Positions 29,190-32,000 of a DNA stretch of 32,000 nucleotides are shown here, one piece after another (positions within the stretch are counted from its first letter, which is position 1; every line of letters begins with the position of its first letter). The DNA lies in NCBI RefSeq assembly GCF_003057965.1, contig NZ_CP020921.1:514916-546915 (forward strand), read 5' to 3'. The notes under the pieces are model-generated. The model was not told the DNA's origin. It worked only from the letters and a program-made list of their open reading frames with translations, and did not search any database. The position numbers and the translations under genes were made by a program. This DNA is from Thermodesulfobium acidiphilum (lineage in GTDB: Bacteria; Thermodesulfobiota; Thermodesulfobiia; Thermodesulfobiales; Thermodesulfobiaceae).

Positions 29190-31241
29190 TTGAAAAGAAT
29201 ATATGAACTTGCAAGAGAACTGGGCGTTTCTTCTAAAAAAGTAATGGAAATACTTTCTGGTTTGGGGGTAACTGTTAAGTCTTCTTTGTCTTCTGTGGCA
29301 GAAGAAGAAGAGTTTATGGTTAGATCTACTATTGAAGCTGAAGATAAAGTTGAAGCTACTAAAGAAACTGAAAAAGTTGAGGTTGATAGGAAGATCTTGC
29401 AAAAAGAGGATATGACTAAAGTTGTTGTAGCAGAACAGCCTGAAGTTGCAGTTCAAGAAAAAGAATCTCAGATAAGTGAAGAGCCAAAAGTTGAGGAAAA
29501 AAAGATTTTATATATATCAGATGGCATGACTCCGAGAGAGATTGCACAAAAGATCAATGTTAAAGAGAGCGAAGTCATAAAAAAATTAATAAAGCTCAAA
29601 ACACTTGCAACTATAAATCAAGCTTTAAATATAAGCCTTATCGAGAGAGTAGTAAGTGAATTTGGTTATGAACCAAAGTTAAAAGAGGAAGAATCTTTAA
29701 CTTTTGAAGAGAGTGAAATTGAAAACGAAGCCGATCTCAAACCCAGACCCCCAATTGTTACTGTTATGGGTCATGTAGATCATGGCAAAACAACGCTTTT
29801 AGATAAAATTCAAAAAACAAAAATTGCATCCAAGGAATTTCGTGGAATTACACAAAAGATTGGTGCATATCAAGTAGAAATTAGTGGCAAGAAAATTACC
29901 TTTATTGATACGCCAGGCCATGAAGCATTTACAGCTATGAGAGCAAGGGGTGCAAACGTTACTGATATTGTAATTTTGGTAGTGGCAGCTGATGATGGAG
30001 TAAAACCTCAAACTATTGAAGCAATTCAACATGCAAAAGCAGCGGGGGTCCAGATAATGGTTGCTATAAATAAAATTGATAAACCTGGGGCACAGCCAGA
30101 AAAGATAATGCAACAATTAACTGAATATGGTTTAATTCCTGAAGAATGGGGTGGGAAGACCATATTTGTTAAAGTCTCGGCTAAAACGGGAGAAGGTATA
30201 GACGAGCTTTTAGAAATGACATTGCTATTGGCAGAATTGATGGAATACAAAGCTAATCCGAAGACTTTAGCAAGAGGTCTGGTTTTGGAAGCGAAGTTGG
30301 ATAAAAATAGAGGTCCTGTAGCCACTATATTAGTTCAAAAAGGCACTTTAAAGGTAGGAGATTTTGTCTGTGTGGGTGCTGCTAGTGGAAGAATAAGAGC
30401 ATTAATTAATGACAGGGGTAAAAGATTAAAAGAAGCAGGACCTTCAACCCCTGTTGAGATACTCGGTATCAATATGGTTCCTGAAGCAGGAGATAATCTG
30501 ATTGCTGTAAAGAGTGATAAAGAAGCAAAATTAATGGCTGAAAAAATGCTTAATAAGAAAAAAGAATTACAAATGCAGAGGATGAAAAAACCAACTTTAT
30601 CCTGTTTTGTACAGGGTACAAATCTATCTGAAGTAAAAGAATTAAGGCTTATTTTGAAAGCTGATTCTCAAGGATCACTAGAGGCCATTCTTACATCTTT
30701 GGCGAAGATTAAAGAAGAGAATGTAACTATAAACATTCTATCGTCTGGAACGGGTGGAATTTCTGAATCTGATGTTATGCTTGCTTCTGCTTCTCAGGCT
30801 ATTATAATTGGCTTTAATGTAAGACCATCTAATACGGCTTTAAAGCTTGCTTCTGAGGAAGGTATTGATATTAGGACTTATAGGGTTATATATGATCTTA
30901 TTGAAGATATTTCGAAAGCCGTTAAGGGCTTGCTTCCGCCAAAATATGAAGAGACAATACTTGGAAGGGCTGAGGTTAGACAAACTTTTAAAGTTCCAAA
31001 AATAGGTCTTGTTGCAGGTTGTTATGTTGTGGACGGGAAGGTTACAAGAGATGCAAAGGTAAGAGTTTTGAGAGATAATGTTATTATTCATGAAGGCGAG
31101 TTGTCTTCTTTAAAGAGATTTAAAGATGACGTAAAAGAAGTGAATCAGGGATATGAATGTGGAATTTCGATAAAAGATTTTCACGATATAAAGGAAAACG
31201 ATATTTTTGAGATATATAAATTAGTAGAAGTAGCTTGTTAA
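29190..31241 (+). CDS. infB: Translation initiation factor IF-2
   Basis: N-terminal '[34 protein letters not shown]', G domain '[26 protein letters not shown]', '[16 protein letters not shown]', 'NKIDKP'; TTG start with GAGGTGAG upstream. Confidence 0.98.
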   Translation: MKRIYELARELGVSSKKVMEILSGLGVTVKSSLSSVAEEEEFMVRSTIEAEDKVEATKETEKVEVDRKILQKEDMTKVVVAEQPEVAVQEKESQISEEPKVEEKKILYISDGMTPREIAQKINVKESEVIKKLIKLKTLATINQALNISLIERVVSEFGYEPKLKEEESLTFEESEIENEADLKPRPPIVTVMGHVDHGKTTLLDKIQKTKIASKEFRGITQKIGAYQVEISGKKITFIDTPGHEAFTAMRARGANVTDIVILVVAADDGVKPQTIEAIQHAKAAGVQIMVAINKIDKPGAQPEKIMQQLTEYGLIPEEWGGKTIFVKVSAKTGEGIDELLEMTLLLAELMEYKANPKTLARGLVLEAKLDKNRGPVATILVQKGTLKVGDFVCVGAASGRIRALINDRGKRLKEAGPSTPVEILGINMVPEAGDNLIAVKSDKEAKLMAEKMLNKKKELQMQRMKKPTLSCFVQGTNLSEVKELRLILKADSQGSLEAILTSLAKIKEENVTINILSSGTGGISESDVMLASASQAIIIGFNVRPSNTALKLASEEGIDIRTYRVIYDLIEDISKAVKGLLPPKYEETILGRAEVRQTFKVPKIGLVAGCYVVDGKVTRDAKVRVLRDNVIIHEGELSSLKRFKDDVKEVNQGYECGISIKDFHDIKENDIFEIYKLVEVAC

Positions 31242-31347
31242 TATTTTTGAGTTTTATAGAATATAGTTAATTTGATTCAAAACTATTTTAAAAGTATTAA
31301 TTCAACTTTAAAGTTCTAGAAAATTTAAATTTAATTTAGTGATTATT

Positions 31348-31626
31348 ATGATAAGAACTTGTTTAATTGAATTTGAGCTTTATTTTCCATATATTGTTAG
31401 CATAAAAGAACATAGAAAAATTATGCAAGCAATTATTTCGGATATAAAAAAGCAAAATATTAGTGTGCTTGAAGTTCTTAATAAGAATATTAGATCAAGT
31501 ACTTTATATTTATCAGTGGTAAAAGAAAACGAAGTAGATATAAAAAGACTCTATGACTATTATGTTAATTTTTTCCTTGATAGACCTGATATTAGGCTTA
31601 TTTCATATAACATTGAAATTTATTAG
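31348..31626 (+). CDS. DUF503 / YlxP-like small protein
   Basis: 'RTCLIEFELYFPYIVSIKEHRKIMQAIISDIKKQNISVLEVLNKNIRSSTLYLSVV' and position between infB and rbfA. Track start GTG 31339; ATG 31348 is an alternative. Confidence 0.75.
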   Translation: MIRTCLIEFELYFPYIVSIKEHRKIMQAIISDIKKQNISVLEVLNKNIRSSTLYLSVVKENEVDIKRLYDYYVNFFLDRPDIRLISYNIEIY

Positions 31627-31673
31627 ATCTAATCTATTTTCTGTTTTTACTCTTACAGGAGGTTTAAAATAAA

Positions 31674-32000
31674 ATGAGCGTAAAATCCGAAAGACTGAAA
31701 GAAACAATTAAGAAAGAACTTGCTATTTTATTGTACGAACTAAAGGACGTTCGTATTAAAAGTATGGTTTCTATAATGGAATTAGATATGTCGAGTGATC
31801 ACAAGAATATAAAAGTTTGGGTTAGCATATACGGAGATGAAAAATCAAAAGAAGAAACAATGAAAGGACTTGTTTCCGCATCAAGATTTTTGAGAGGAGA
31901 ACTGGCAAGAAGAATTGGTTTAAAGTATGCTCCACAAATTCTTTTTGCTATAGATAATTCCCTTGAAAGAGGAGATAAAATATTCGAAATACTAAGAAAA
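31674..32000 (+). CDS. rbfA: Ribosome-binding factor A (truncated by the right edge)
   Basis: Open to base 32000 (109 codons): MSVKSERLKETIKKELAILLYELKDVRIKSMVSIMELDMSSDHKNIKVWVSIYGDEKSKEETMKGLVSASRFLRGELARRIGLKYAPQILFAIDNSLERGDKIFEILRK. AGGAGG at 31657-31662. Confidence 0.93.
   Translation, partial: MSVKSERLKETIKKELAILLYELKDVRIKSMVSIMELDMSSDHKNIKVWVSIYGDEKSKEETMKGLVSASRFLRGELARRIGLKYAPQILFAIDNSLERGDKIFEILRK

Noticed and set aside
29049-29456. Antisense ORF across ylxR and infB (also 29799..30116, 30840..31091 and 30026..30325)
   Set aside because: Phe/Asn/Ser/Cys-rich translations opposite highly conserved genes; no independent evidence.

Overview
AT-rich bacterial chromosomal window of mostly housekeeping genes, with no CRISPR array, rRNA, tRNA or mobile element that I can recognise. 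Left to right: 3' part of a type IV pilus/type II-type secretin, a NodB-type polysaccharide deacetylase and a UspA protein (+). Then a long minus-strand run, transcribed right to left: rpsO, pnp, endonuclease III, PHP phosphoesterase, myo-inositol-phosphate synthase, HxxxxD acyltransferase (5' end abnormal), second PHP phosphoesterase, CDP-alcohol phosphatidyltransferase, second HxxxxD acyltransferase, PimA-like GT4. On the plus strand: a RuvC-like/RNase H-fold protein, dCMP deaminase, WecA/TagO-like and WecB genes; then a convergent LUD-domain gene; then a complete F-type ATP synthase operon (I/Z-B-E-F-H-A-G-D-C), murA, a phosphodiester glycosidase-like gene and a phosphohexomutase. RNase J is on the minus strand. 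Last comes rimP-nusA-ylxR-infB-DUF503-rbfA (+, rbfA cut by the edge). Most notable: (1) an inositol-phospholipid / phosphatidylinositol-mannoside-like module in the order PI(P) synthase - acyltransferase - PimA-like GT, interleaved with two PHP phosphoesterases that are candidates for the phosphatase steps; (2) conserved genes whose reading frames have no ATG/GTG/TTG start, the clearest being RNase J with an ATT codon 6 nt after a perfect AGGAGG; (3) a strong hairpin in the rpsO leader and a perfect 22-bp palindrome in the rimP-nusA leader. Gene content and order look like a thermophilic, low-GC, non-actinobacterial lineage (possibly Thermodesulfobium-like), but that is inference only.
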